A DNA stretch of 64,000 bases from Marsupella aquatica (Eukaryota > Plantae > Marchantiophyta): contig OZ316895.1 of NCBI GenBank assembly GCA_973895155.1, positions 4,901,181 through 4,965,180 of the forward strand, read 5' to 3'. Both the position numbers and the translations under genes were made by a program. Position 1 is the stretch's first letter. Every line of letters starts with the position of its first letter. The notes under the pieces were generated by a model. That model had not been told where the DNA came from and did no database searches. It saw only the letters and a program-made list of their open reading frames with translations. Below are positions 53,601 to 64,000 of this stretch, one piece after another.

Positions 53601-56487
53601 TAACAGATAATCTATCATGATTTATGCACGTTTTCCGTACATTTGAACATGTTTCATGATCAAATGAAGTTGATCGACCGCCACTTCTTTGGTGAAAAAG
53701 GACTTTACTGAGGGTGCACTCCACAACGAGCGCTGGCTTATGTGAAAGACTAGTGTACTTAGTAGCTGAATTGTCTCAGCTTGGAGGTAAGTCCAAATTG
53801 TTTACCTTCTTCACCAGGTCCCGTACAGAAGCAGGAACAGGTGGGCATGGACAGCCATAAAATCCTGGAATAGAGGTGACTAGTGATGCTGCTGCATTGC
53901 TGAAGTCGAACTCAGCCAAATCAAGAGCCCAGTGTGCTGCAGAAGGTACGTCTGCAACAAGGGAGGCTATGAAAGAAGACAAATGCATCGCAAAATCGTT
54001 TTGCGTGAGCTGCGGAACCAACACAGTTTCATCGATACCAGATGTGCAGAACAATGCCTCATAGTCGCGTAAATCTTTACGGGGAAAGTCCTGCCACCAG
54101 ACACTGTTGGTGACGTGCAGCCACTGCATGAAAGGAAGAAGTTAGAAGAAGATTCCGGTGTAAATTTCCTGGCAACATTTATGTGCAATAAGATGAACCT
54201 TATTTGGACTTACTTCACTGGTGACGCACAACAACGCAAAGAAGCCCATTGATTGGGCTCAATCTTCTACGTCATTTGAGTGACAAGCCACATCAACATA
54301 ACTAACCATGTGAGCCTTCACCGCGTGGGCTCTCACACACCCCGGTTCAGATCATTTTCTAATACTCAATATTTTGTTCGAAAATGTTCGGCGTTACCTG
54401 AGAGCGAGTGAGATTGGCTGAGGTAACAATTACACGAATCCTATCCTTTCGAGGCAAGAGAAAGATCTTGGGATGGTGACATCCGATCCCCTGTCTTTTC
54501 TCTGTAGTAAAGCAACAAGAATCTGGAAAACCAGGATATCTGCACCAAATTACCACTGGTCGGGTCAAAAGTACATTTGTGAACACAACACTACGTTCGC
54601 AAAACAGGCGTGACCTAAATGAAAACAATTGATATTCACAAATGGTACACGCTCTGGGCAAAAGATGTCTGTGAACTCACACAAGTTTGACGTTGGGCCA
54701 ATTAGGAAAAGGTGAAGAAGTACGTGATTCTTCAGCTGTACTCCAGCAGCGATCACGGTCATGACAAGCCACAGTGACGGGCAATTCAGGGGATATATTG
54801 TGTGAAGAAAGGAACCTGCACAGAATGCTTAAACCTCAATTCTATCATTAACATTGCTAGATTTAGAATTACGAGATAAAGATTGTTCTCCAAACAATTG
54901 TAATAGTACTAGAGGCTTAACCTAGAGTCATCCCTTGCTTTGAAACTAAAGACATTGGAAATCGTCTCTTAACGGCACCAAACAATTCTCATCCACAGGG
55001 AGTGGGCTTCCAATTTTTTCTCAACAATGAACTGCGAACAATTGTCCTGAACGAACTCACCACATGATGTCACTCGTGAAAGTCGCAATAAATATGCCAA
55101 GAAGACCGTCTGTAGGATTCAGAAGCTCTTGCAGAGAAACTGTCTGCTGAGAATGGACTTGTGAATCAGGTTCCAAGTCTTTCAGTCTATTTAAAAGAAA
55201 CCCAGATCCAGGGGATTTTCCATTCAAAACTCCAGTATCTGCATTGGACATGTGTTCCTGAGCGAGCCCCGTCCTCTCCAACTCGTCCAGCGTGCCTCGA
55301 TCGTCTTTCACCTCTCCTCTTAGTGAAGTTTCATCCATCACAGGCCCAGCACTGTGAGACTTATTTCCAGACATAACCTTAAAGTTGTCTGTTTCTGGTT
55401 TCGTCGCCAACTCTGCACTTGAACCACTTCTAGAGTTTTCAATATCAATAGCCTTGGCCAAGGAAATTCTCGCAGATGCAGGAGTGACAGCATCGCCATC
55501 GATCACTTGGCACCTTGATGGCCTTTCCAACAGCATTTTCCTATCCTGACAAGGTGGACTAGTCCTGGCTGAAACTTTGGCATTGCATTCTTCCGACAGT
55601 TCCAAGTTATCAAAATTTCGTTCCAGTATTTTAGAAATCTCTTTGCACTGATTCAATCCATGACCCTTGAGAACCGTTTTGCCGTCGTCCAACCCTCGAT
55701 CCTGAACCTTCGTTAACCCTGAAGACCCTTCTTGTTGTTGCCTCAACAGTCCCATAATCTCAGCGGTGGACCGTTTGGGTATCTTTCTCACTCTAGCTTT
55801 AGACGAAGTAGACGACCGGCGTTCAAATGAGATGGAACTCTTCTCATCTGTCGATCTCCATCCTCCCTCCTTACAACTAGACAAAGGCCGCTTCCTACAA
55901 AAGGTAGGCAACGGGATACAACCTTTCTGAGATTGTTCAGATCTTGGATTTCTAAGCATCCTTACATCTACTTGGACTGCTCTGGGAGGGTGGGTCGGAC
56001 ACAATGTTTTCACCTCAAAGAGATCCACCAGCTCAACAAAGAACCCAACAGCATCGCCGAACCCAGGATCCTCCACAGTCCGAGCATCCATTGTGCAGGC
56101 CACGAGAGAGACTTCAGATCCAGGATTCAAAATGCGACAACCTCCCTGCGCCAATTTCTTTCCATCCACATACAGTCCGTTCAGAGACGGCTTCATTTTC
56201 TTTCCGGGGGCCAAAACCGATGATGATGGCGTTACATTTGCACTGGTGATAAGAGCGTCCACCGGCGCACCTTCAAAGAGCAAGAGCTGGTTGGTGATGT
56301 TGTCCCAATAGACTTGGCAATGCTGGCGGCTCACCCGCGCATCTGAGAAAACGACATCGCAGCAGCTCCGTGATCTGCCAAAGGTGTAAACCCGTCCAGG
56401 AACCAAAAGCAACTCCCGATACTTCTTTCCAGTCCGTGCGTCGTACATTGGCGCACGAAGCACTCGCAGTTTGAACATCGTCGTCAT
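50687..56487 (-). CDS. TDP1beta: Tyrosyl-DNA phosphodiesterase 1 beta (FHA + PLD/HKD-type TDP1 + HIRAN), multi-exon
   Basis: FHA motifs FGRS..CDVVF...VSRQHC..SLNG; IATFTSDIMW/FL; first catalytic motif HHPKIFLL..IRVIVTSANL; VWWQDFP; LVTSIPG; HIRAN-like DSNAVTV..IGFLPRPVAKWVAPL; IGVVFPT; second catalytic motif PMHVK/VAQRRF; WVYCGSHNFSPAAWG; ISNYEVG. Confidence 0.92.
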
Positions 56488-56744
56488 CGCCTTCTGCCGA
56501 AGTCACCCGATGACCTCGACCTGGATCCACACCTCCTCCACTAAGAAGACGGGCGGAGTTTCCTATGGTCTCCGGTCTCCTCACAATCTTGGACGCCATA
56601 CAAAAACTGAGAAGCCGAAGAGTCCGTGAAATGCATGGAAAAGACAGAGTTGAAAAGAATTGAGGAACTTGTGTTGAAGGCGTGATGTAATCGACGTCGA
56701 GAAATGGGGAGATCGATAGCCAGAAAAAGTTGATTCGGCGCATC

Positions 56745-57725
56745 GAGAGGCAGAGGGCAAATGTCAAGAGAGGATCTAGTAGTGAAAAGGAACGGAGACA
56801 ACAGAAAATGAGATCATCTCAAGAATTGTAGAGTAGAGATAGAAGAATCAAATAGAAATGGATGAATTATGTTCATGGCATGGACAAAAATTGATGGAAG
56901 AAGATGAGCGAAATTGAGTTCATCTCAGGCAATGGAGAGATTGGAAGGACGAGATAAATGAGAGAACGACTTCCATATGAAATGTCCGTAACACACACCA
57001 GCAATCGGAGAAAACTTCGGAAAGTACATCCTATCGCGTGGAACACATGCCCTGGAGCTCAATGCCATCGTGAGGAAAAGGGCAAGAGGAGGCAGAGATC
57101 GAGAGGTACATGGCAAACGATAATAGAGGATCTACTGATGAAAGGGAACGGAGATGACAGAAAATGAGTTCATCTCAGGAATTGTACAGAGGGATCCAAA
57201 GAATCAAATAGAAAAGGACGAATTAAGTTCATGGCACGGAGAAGTTGATGGAACAAGATGACCGAAAAATCAGATCATCTCAGGGAATGGAGAGATTGAA
57301 AGGACGAGAGAACGACTTGCATTTCATACTCCGCAATCGGAGAAAACTAAGTTCTCAAGGTTCTGAAAGTTCATTCTATCGCGTGGAACACTTGCTCTGG
57401 AGCGCAATGCTATCTTCCGGAAAAGGGCAACAGGAGGCAGAGATCGCGTACAGCAGCGATCGCAAGAATCATATAAAAAAGGATGAGTTAAGTTCATGAC
57501 ACGAAAAAGTTAATGGAACAAGATGACCCAAAAATGAGATCATCTCAGGGAATGGAGAGATTGAAAGGACGAGAGACCAACTCACATTCTATATTCCGCA
57601 ACTCACACCCGCAGCCGGATTCTCAAGGTTCTGAAAGTTCATCCCATCGCGTGGAACACTTGCCGTGGAGCGCAATGCTATCGTGTGGAAAAGGGCAAGA
57701 GGAGGCAGAGATCGATGGACAGAAG
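56745..57725. repeat. Three diverged ~270-360 bp purine-rich tandem units upstream of TDP1beta (promoter/5' UTR)
   Basis: Recurrent blocks aagaatca.ata.aaa.gga.ga.tta.gttcatg, tcatctcagg.aatggagagattg.aaggacgaga and atcgcgtggaacac at ~56840, 57200 and 57465. Confidence 0.8.
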
Positions 57726-58037
57726 CGGAGTACAGATTCCGCATTCTCTCGGGCAGAATGACTGATCACAGATTGCTGGTTTGGAAATTTGTCATCCGCG
57801 CGGCAAATTTGCCGTCGACACTAGTGTACAGCAGGACAGCGAAAGGGCGGGAGGAAGCGGATAACAAATTTCCTCTCCTCTGGAATCCGAATTTCCGATT
57901 CTCTCGCCTCTCTCGTGGAGTCGTGGAGTGTATGGGCTACTCTAAACTCTTTGTACGGTGTGTAGCCTTTTAGGCTGATTTTGGAGCGAACTCCAAAATT
58001 GATTGCACCACTAATTACAGTTCATTAATTACAGTCC

Positions 58038-58532
58038 ATGGTGTAAAGTGCAATGTGGATAGTTGCATTTTTAATGATGGTGTTAAGTGCAATGTGGACA
58101 GGTGCATTTTAATCATGGTGTTAAGTGCAATGTGTAAAGGTGCATTTTTAATCATGGTGTTAAGTGCAATGTGGACAGGTGCATTTTAATCATGGTGTTA
58201 AGTGCAATGTGTAAAGGTGCATTTTTAATCATGCTGTTAAGTTTTCCCCCATCCCTGGGGTTCACGCGGAATAAAATTTAAATTTAAAAATAAAAAATAA
58301 AAAATAATTCATCCTGTTAAGTGCCATGTGGACAGTTGCATTTTTAATGATGGTGTTAAGTGCAATGTGGACAGGGCATTTTTAATGATGGTGTTAAGTG
58401 CAATGTGGATAGGTGCATTTTTAATGATGGTGTTAAGTGCAATGTGGATAGGTGCATTTTTAATCTGGTGTGTTAAGTGTAATGTGGAAAGGTGCATTTC
58501 TAATGGTGTTAAGTGGAATGTGGATAGGTGCA
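58038..58532. repeat. 38-39 bp minisatellite in two blocks (~5 and ~6 units)
   Basis: Unit atggtgttaagtgcaatgtgga(c/t)aggtgcatttttaat(c/g). The blocks are separated by an A-rich stretch and bracketed by the direct repeat tccaaaattgattgcaccactaa (57992, 58566). Confidence 0.93.
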
Positions 58533-59528
58533 CTTGTTGATTAGGCTGGTATTATTGGGTAAAAATCCAAAATTGATTGCACCACTAATGCACCACTAAC
58601 TACAGTCAACATTTCCACGGATCAGTTTTTTGGACATTGCTACTAAAGATATTCAAATTTACAATAGTGTTATTGTTTTATTCTTATTAATAAATATCTC
58701 ACCGGTTGGGTATATTGGTTACCCCAGTGTTATGTCAGAACTAAAAGCCCAGATGGACTGGGATCGGGACAATGTCCACTAAGCCCTGGTGGACAAACAA
58801 AACTTACATGGACTGGGCCAAAACACTCGAATATGCTCCCGCAATGTTTGTTCATTCTTGTTGTGTACACTTTCCCGAAGGATCCGACGGGGCAGGGCTG
58901 TGAATGTTGCATGCAAGGAAAAATAGTCAGGAGCCGTCTGGAAGGGCTGGCTGGGGCAGTCGGGCTTCGAAGGGTTAAGACAGGCATGCGGGCAGGCGAC
59001 CCACCCCAAATTGGGGAGGTCAACTGCTCAAACAAGGGATGGGAAGCATTTATGGCCGTTGCATGTCGAGGCCCTAACCAGAGTAACTTTTCTGAACTCA
59101 TGAAGGAAAATGATGGCAAAGTGATTAAACCACACCTGCCACTATAAAAGCCTCGTTCCATGTCTCACTACTCACCATAAAAGGTGGAACATTAGCTGCA
59201 AATTTTGTGGAGTACTTGTCAAAAGAAGGTTTTGCTGTCAACACCTTTTGTGGAGCTCAAAGCCCATTTCTGAACTTGTACTCCTTAGAATGAGAGCTAG
59301 AGGTTACCCGTAGCCCTTTATAGGGGCAGGTGTGGTTTAATGGAAGGAAAGAGTGGCAATGTAGATAATACACAAGAAAACAATGGCAATCTAGTGAATC
59401 TCAATAAAAAACTGTAGGAAGATTTTCAATTAGTACGTCTTTAGTGGCAAAGTAGCTAAAAATTATCCCGGATTAGTCTTTTGATCATGTGTATGCCTTA
59501 ATGCAGTCTCACTGTTTTCTTCTCATGG

Positions 59529-60239
59529 TGTCGTGACATATAGTATCGTAGCCATAGTGTATCAAAAACATACAAGTCGCTGGCAAGGCATATGTGCAAG
59601 CTGCTAGCAACCAACATGCATAGAAAAAGTCCAATCACAATCACAAGTGCCAAGAAAAAGCAAATGAAATGGTATGTACGTAGTGGAGGTGTAAACCTCT
59701 GTATATAAAAGGCGTAAGAAAACAATCGTACTGAAATCGAATCGAAAACCGGCGGGATGCCAAGATCGGCCGGGAGCATCTAATAAATCACTGTGTGAAT
59801 CCCGTGTACGGAACTGACGAGCACTGTCTGAGCTCTATCAACAGCGATTCAAGAAGAACTGAAAACCCACAAAGAAAGACATGCCCTAAGTAAACAAAGT
59901 TCTGGCGTCACACTAACAAGCGTGTTTGCTTCAAGAACGCCTGGCATTTGCTATAAGAACATGTTGCTAACTCAAGTAGTACACTAGCCCTAACTACATA
60001 CCTAGCGGGCATGCGAGGGACATGCCGATGTGCATAAGAGGCACTGTCCCTCGGCATGACAGCTGTCGTGACATATAGTATCGTAGCCATAGTGTATCAA
60101 AAACATACAAGTCGCCGGCAAGGCATATGTGCAAGCTGCTAGCAACCAACATGCATAGAAAAAGTCCAGTCATATTCACAAGTGCCAAGAAAAAGCAAAT
60201 GAAGTGGTATGTACATAGTGGAGGTGTAAACCTCTGTAT
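59529..60239. repeat. 176 bp direct repeat (59529-59704, 60064-60239) in the 3' non-coding/LTR region of the gypsy element
   Basis: tgtcgtgacatatagtatcgtagcc...gtggaggtgtaaacctctgtat occurs twice with few differences; the right copy abuts a G7 polypurine run on the minus strand (60240-60246). Confidence 0.9.
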
Positions 60240-63200
60240 CCCCCCCAGACCACAGCCAAAAGGAGGGCTGAAGAAAATTCAGGTAACACGTGGAGCACAG
60301 GAAGGGCAAAACCATAACCCTTCTGGCACCTGGGTAAATTCAGGCCGAAGGCCGAAAAGATGGTACCCTCCATTGCAATTGTCACACAGCAGCATCTGGT
60401 CAGCATCATCAATTCGCAAACACACTTTGCAAGGGTAGTCCACAGGTGGAATCCAAGTAGAAGTCACAATGGTGGGATCCAGGTTAGGCAGATGACAAGG
60501 GGCGCAATTCTTGGCATTGTCAGCAATTGTGCGCCCATCTGCCCCTTGTAACTCTAGCACTCCAGACGGTCGAATAGCTTTAACCCTGAGAATAGTACAA
60601 CTGGTAGAGGTGTCCAGGGTGTCGTTAGCTTGCCGCTGCAAGTACACAAAATCTCCCACATCAAACTTCCTGACCTTGGGCTGAAAAGTGCCCCCTCGTG
60701 TGTGTCTAACGCAGTGTGTCCCTATGTTGTGCAATGGCCAAATTATCCATGGCCATGGGCATAACCCTCCTGAATAGGGCAGCCCTCTCAGAGATCACAT
60801 CAGACCAAGTCACAACTGAATCCAAGTCCACCACCTGAAGCATGTGAGCAGCAATAGCAGAAGGTGGAACTGGGTGATGACCAAACAACAAGAAGTAGGG
60901 AGAAAAGTTAGACAATGCTGCATGTCTAGACATCCTATACCCCATGATGGCAATGTAGGGTAAGGCCAGGTCCCAATCCTCCTTGTTTTTGGTGAGGCAA
61001 ATCTTTCGGAGACCCTTCTTGCATGTCTAAACCATGCGCTCTGCCAAGCCATCTGCCTATGGGTGATCTCGTGATGTCCGGCGATGATCAATGAGGGCCT
61101 GATCAAGCAGCTCCTGGAACTCTCCTCTAAACTCTGAGCCCTGGTTAGTGAGACATTCTGCACAAGCTCCAAAGCGGCTGAGAACTTGTTGCAGGAATGC
61201 CTGGCTAGTGCTACGGGAGGTCTTATCCGGCAATGCCACAAGTTCTATCCACTTGGAGAAATGCTCTATCATGATCATGATGTAGAGATTACCCCGAGAT
61301 GTGAGGGGTAATTCTCCAGCCAAATCACATGACCAACGATAAAACATGCCTTGAATAGGGAGTGGATGAAGTGTGGGTTGTCGAGATGTGAAAGAAGTCC
61401 TTACCCTATCACACTGCTCACACTGGGCAATAACATCTTGAACCTGACCATGCATGCCTCTCCAATGATAATGAGGGACCAAGAGGCTGTAAGTCCTCTT
61501 AACACCAAAATGACCAAGCCCCTCTCATGAATGGGTGGAACCACCACTTCCCTGTCTGGCAAGCAGTGCACAAGATGATCTCCCTTCCACAAGTAGCGCT
61601 TGGACCTTTGCTGAATTTGGTCTCTCTGGGCAGCAGTAACATGGATGGGGTACTCCCCATGCTGCAAAAATCTTAGAGTGTCGATGTCCTCCCATATGTC
61701 CACCACAGGTTGGTCAACAACATAACATGGCAGCAAAGCAAGATAGGTAGATGCATGAAAGGTAGGCAGGATGGAAACCTGGTCAAAATCCTGTCATGCA
61801 TCTGAGGAATCATCAGAGGCAATCAAAGGACTGCGGGACATAGTGTCAGCATTTTGATGTGTCACACCAGGCCTATGAATTACCTCAAAATCATACTCCT
61901 GGAGTATGAGCGCCCAACGAGCAAGCTTGCCAGTAAGCTTGTCGTTGGTCATCAACCACTTCAAGGGTTGGTGGTCGGTGTAGAGAACAAACCTGGTCCC
62001 ATAGAGGTAGGGCCTATAATGTATGATAGCCCACACAACAGCAAGGCATTCACCCTCATAAAAAGAATAATGACTCTTTGCCTGATTGTTGCTCCTGGAT
62101 GCATAGGCAATGACGTACTCTTTACCTTCCTCATCATGCTCCCAGAATGGCACCAATCCCAAGGGCACTCCAATCTATGTGTAGCACAAAGACCTTGTTG
62201 AAATCAGGTCTTCTCAGCACCGGGTATTCTGAGAGCTTCTCCTTCAAAGTGGCAAATGCTGCCTCAACATCTGTACTCCATGTCCAAGTCACATTCTTTT
62301 TCAACAAAGCATACAATGGGTGTGCAATGGTACTGAAATCTTTGATGTAGATCCGGTAGTAATTGCACAACCCAATAAAACTCCTCAAAGTGTGAACATC
62401 GGTAGGAGTGGGCATTTCCAAGATGGATACCACCTTGGCCCAGTGAGCCATGGTTCCATTTGGAAGAATGCGATGCCCAAGATATACTACTGATCTGACA
62501 ACAAATTCACACTTCTTGGGGTGTATCTTTAGGTTCACCTTCTTAAGCCTCATGAATAGTTCCTCAAGGTCAAGTAGATGCTGGTCAAATCCTTTGCTGT
62601 GGACCAACACATCATCAATGTAGCATTTCAGAAACTCAGCACCTTGAAGAACCTGGTCCATGACTCTTTGAAAGAATAAGGGCGCATTTTTCAAGCCAAA
62701 TTAATGGCATCACCAACCACTCCCATAGTTGGTTACTACCATGGAAAGCTGTTTTCTTGCGGTCCTTTGCAAGCAGCAAAATCTGGTTAAAGCCTTGCCT
62801 TAGATCCACAAGAGTGAAGATGTCTGAGTCTCCAATGCTGTCAAATAGCTCCTCTGGCCGTGGCATGGGGTACCTGTCCTGGGGTGTGACCAGGTTTAGT
62901 GGCCTGTAGTCCCCACACATGCGCTTCTCTGTCCACAATCCACTGGAATCCTTCTTTGCTGGCATCACTGTAGCTGCTGCAAAATCTGATGTAGATGGCT
63001 AAATAAGACCAGCTTCATATAACTCTTGGCACCTCTCATCCACCAGCTGCCACTCATGCTTACTCAAACGGTGTCTCCGCCTGAAGATAGGTGTTTCATC
63101 AGCCAACTCAATGGAGAACTGCATAGTCTTGCACTTACCCAAGTCCTTCATAGAGAAAGCAAACACATTCTCATGCTTGAGGAGCAAATTCAGTAGCTGG

Positions 63201-64000
63201 TCCTTCTATCTTTTACTCAGGTGGTTGCCCATGATGAATGTGTAGTTGGCAACACTAGTCTGAATAGGACCTGATGTACTCGTGCTTGAAGAGCCAGAAG
63301 TGCTAGCCTCTCCACTGTCCAAGCTGCTAGCATGCTGCTGATAAGGTGATGAGGCCTCTCCAAGGCCTGTTGTATCTGTTGCTCTGGTCTGATCCACACC
63401 ATGAAACTCAGAAAAAATATCAGCCACGTTACAAGGGACCTCCTCCCCCCCAACACTTGGACTGAAGCGGTGAGTGTTGAATAGAGGTAAGTGCACTTGG
63501 TTTGGATGCCATGTAGCAGCACCATGGAGTGGTAGGGCTGGAACTCCTGATGCTGGATGAATGTACATCTGAAAAAGGATGCAAGTGACCAGAAGCCAAG
63601 TGAGAGCATTAAGATCCATTACCCTGCCAAGTAAAGCATTCCTGGCCAACCTGGTGATCTGGGTGTGACCTGTAGTACCGGATTGGAAGCCCATAGCCCG
63701 TTCTCTCTCCTCAGGACTAGGTTCATCCCAAGTACCGGTAGAATGTCGATAAACCAGGCCAGGACCATCACCCTGAAAGGCATGTGCACCTGGAAAGGAT
63801 ACAAATGTAGGCCAAGCAACACGGGGCTGTCCAATGGTATTGGCTGGATACCAAGGTGCTGGCTCTTGCCGTGTAACCGGTTAGAAAGAACTGTCAGGAT
63901 CCAAAATCTGGTCCACTGTGAGGTTAGTGTCCGTAGATGTGTGGTGAAGAGCTAACTCCAACAAGGAAGGTGGTGCAAGGTTAGTCCAAAAGTTACGAAG
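60240..64000 (-). mobile_element. Ty3/gypsy LTR retrotransposon, defective, 5' part outside the window; order DNMT3-like MTase - RT - RNase H - integrase - PHD
   Basis: RT: RMCGDYRPLN..DRYPMP, DLRQGFNQI, KTAF, YIDDVLV, LGH, LRSFIGLCNYY. RNase H: DWSALGIGAIL, IAYASR, ECLAVVWAI, YTDHQPL. Integrase: HWRGM..CEQC, SCDLAG, IEHFSKW, QGSEF, GLAERMV. PHD: CKVC..LCDNC..H..WFCPSC. The RT-RH-IN order is gypsy-type. Several frameshifts and stops. Confidence 0.93.
63595..64000 (-). pseudogene. C-terminal half of a DNMT3-like C5-cytosine methyltransferase domain within the retrotransposon polyprotein
   Basis: My translation from 64000 leftward: LRNFWTNL..LTVDQILDPDSSF*..PTFVSF..EPSPEERERAMGFQSGTTGHTQITRLARNALLGRVMD. 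This parallels DNMT3A motifs VIII-X as I recall them ([40 protein letters not shown]). In-frame TAA at 63881-63883. Confidence 0.8.

Noticed and set aside
58309-58540. Repetitive ORFs (MVLSAMWIGAFL / APIHIALNTIIKN)
   Set aside because: By-products of the 39 bp minisatellite.
59596-63400. Hairpin 3' arm targeting the gypsy element (gcaagctgctagca at ~59596 and ~60131; caagctgctagcatgct at ~63380)
   Set aside because: Matches are 14-17 nt with mismatches, centred on the palindrome GCTAGC, and lie on the strand opposite the element's mRNA; compatible with chance.

Overview
Eukaryotic, intron-rich plant DNA. A non-seed land plant such as a bryophyte is my inference from the TTTAGGG-type telomere motifs, TPR-bearing OXA2, FHA-HIRAN TDP1beta and an LRR-less NB-ARC gene. 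Left to right: a full-size ABCA transporter gene (~0.8-14.7 kb, +) whose two ATPase domains are both degenerate; mitochondrial insertase OXA2 with C-terminal TPRs (17.3-22.8 kb, +); a frameshifted NB-ARC pseudogene (23.5-26.7 kb, +); and an ~11 kb non-coding array of ~28 co-oriented imperfect stem-loops plus ~5 remnants (33.8-45.0 kb). The array lies downstream of a TATA box and shows G:U and compensatory variation, consistent with a large polycistronic pre-miRNA cluster. Next come TDP1beta (50.7-56.5 kb, -), several minisatellites, and a defective Ty3/gypsy retrotransposon (60.2-64.0 kb, -, cut by the window edge). Its polyprotein carries a DNMT3-like cytosine methyltransferase domain upstream of RT and a PHD finger after integrase. 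Exon boundaries and folds were read by eye; nothing was computed or searched.
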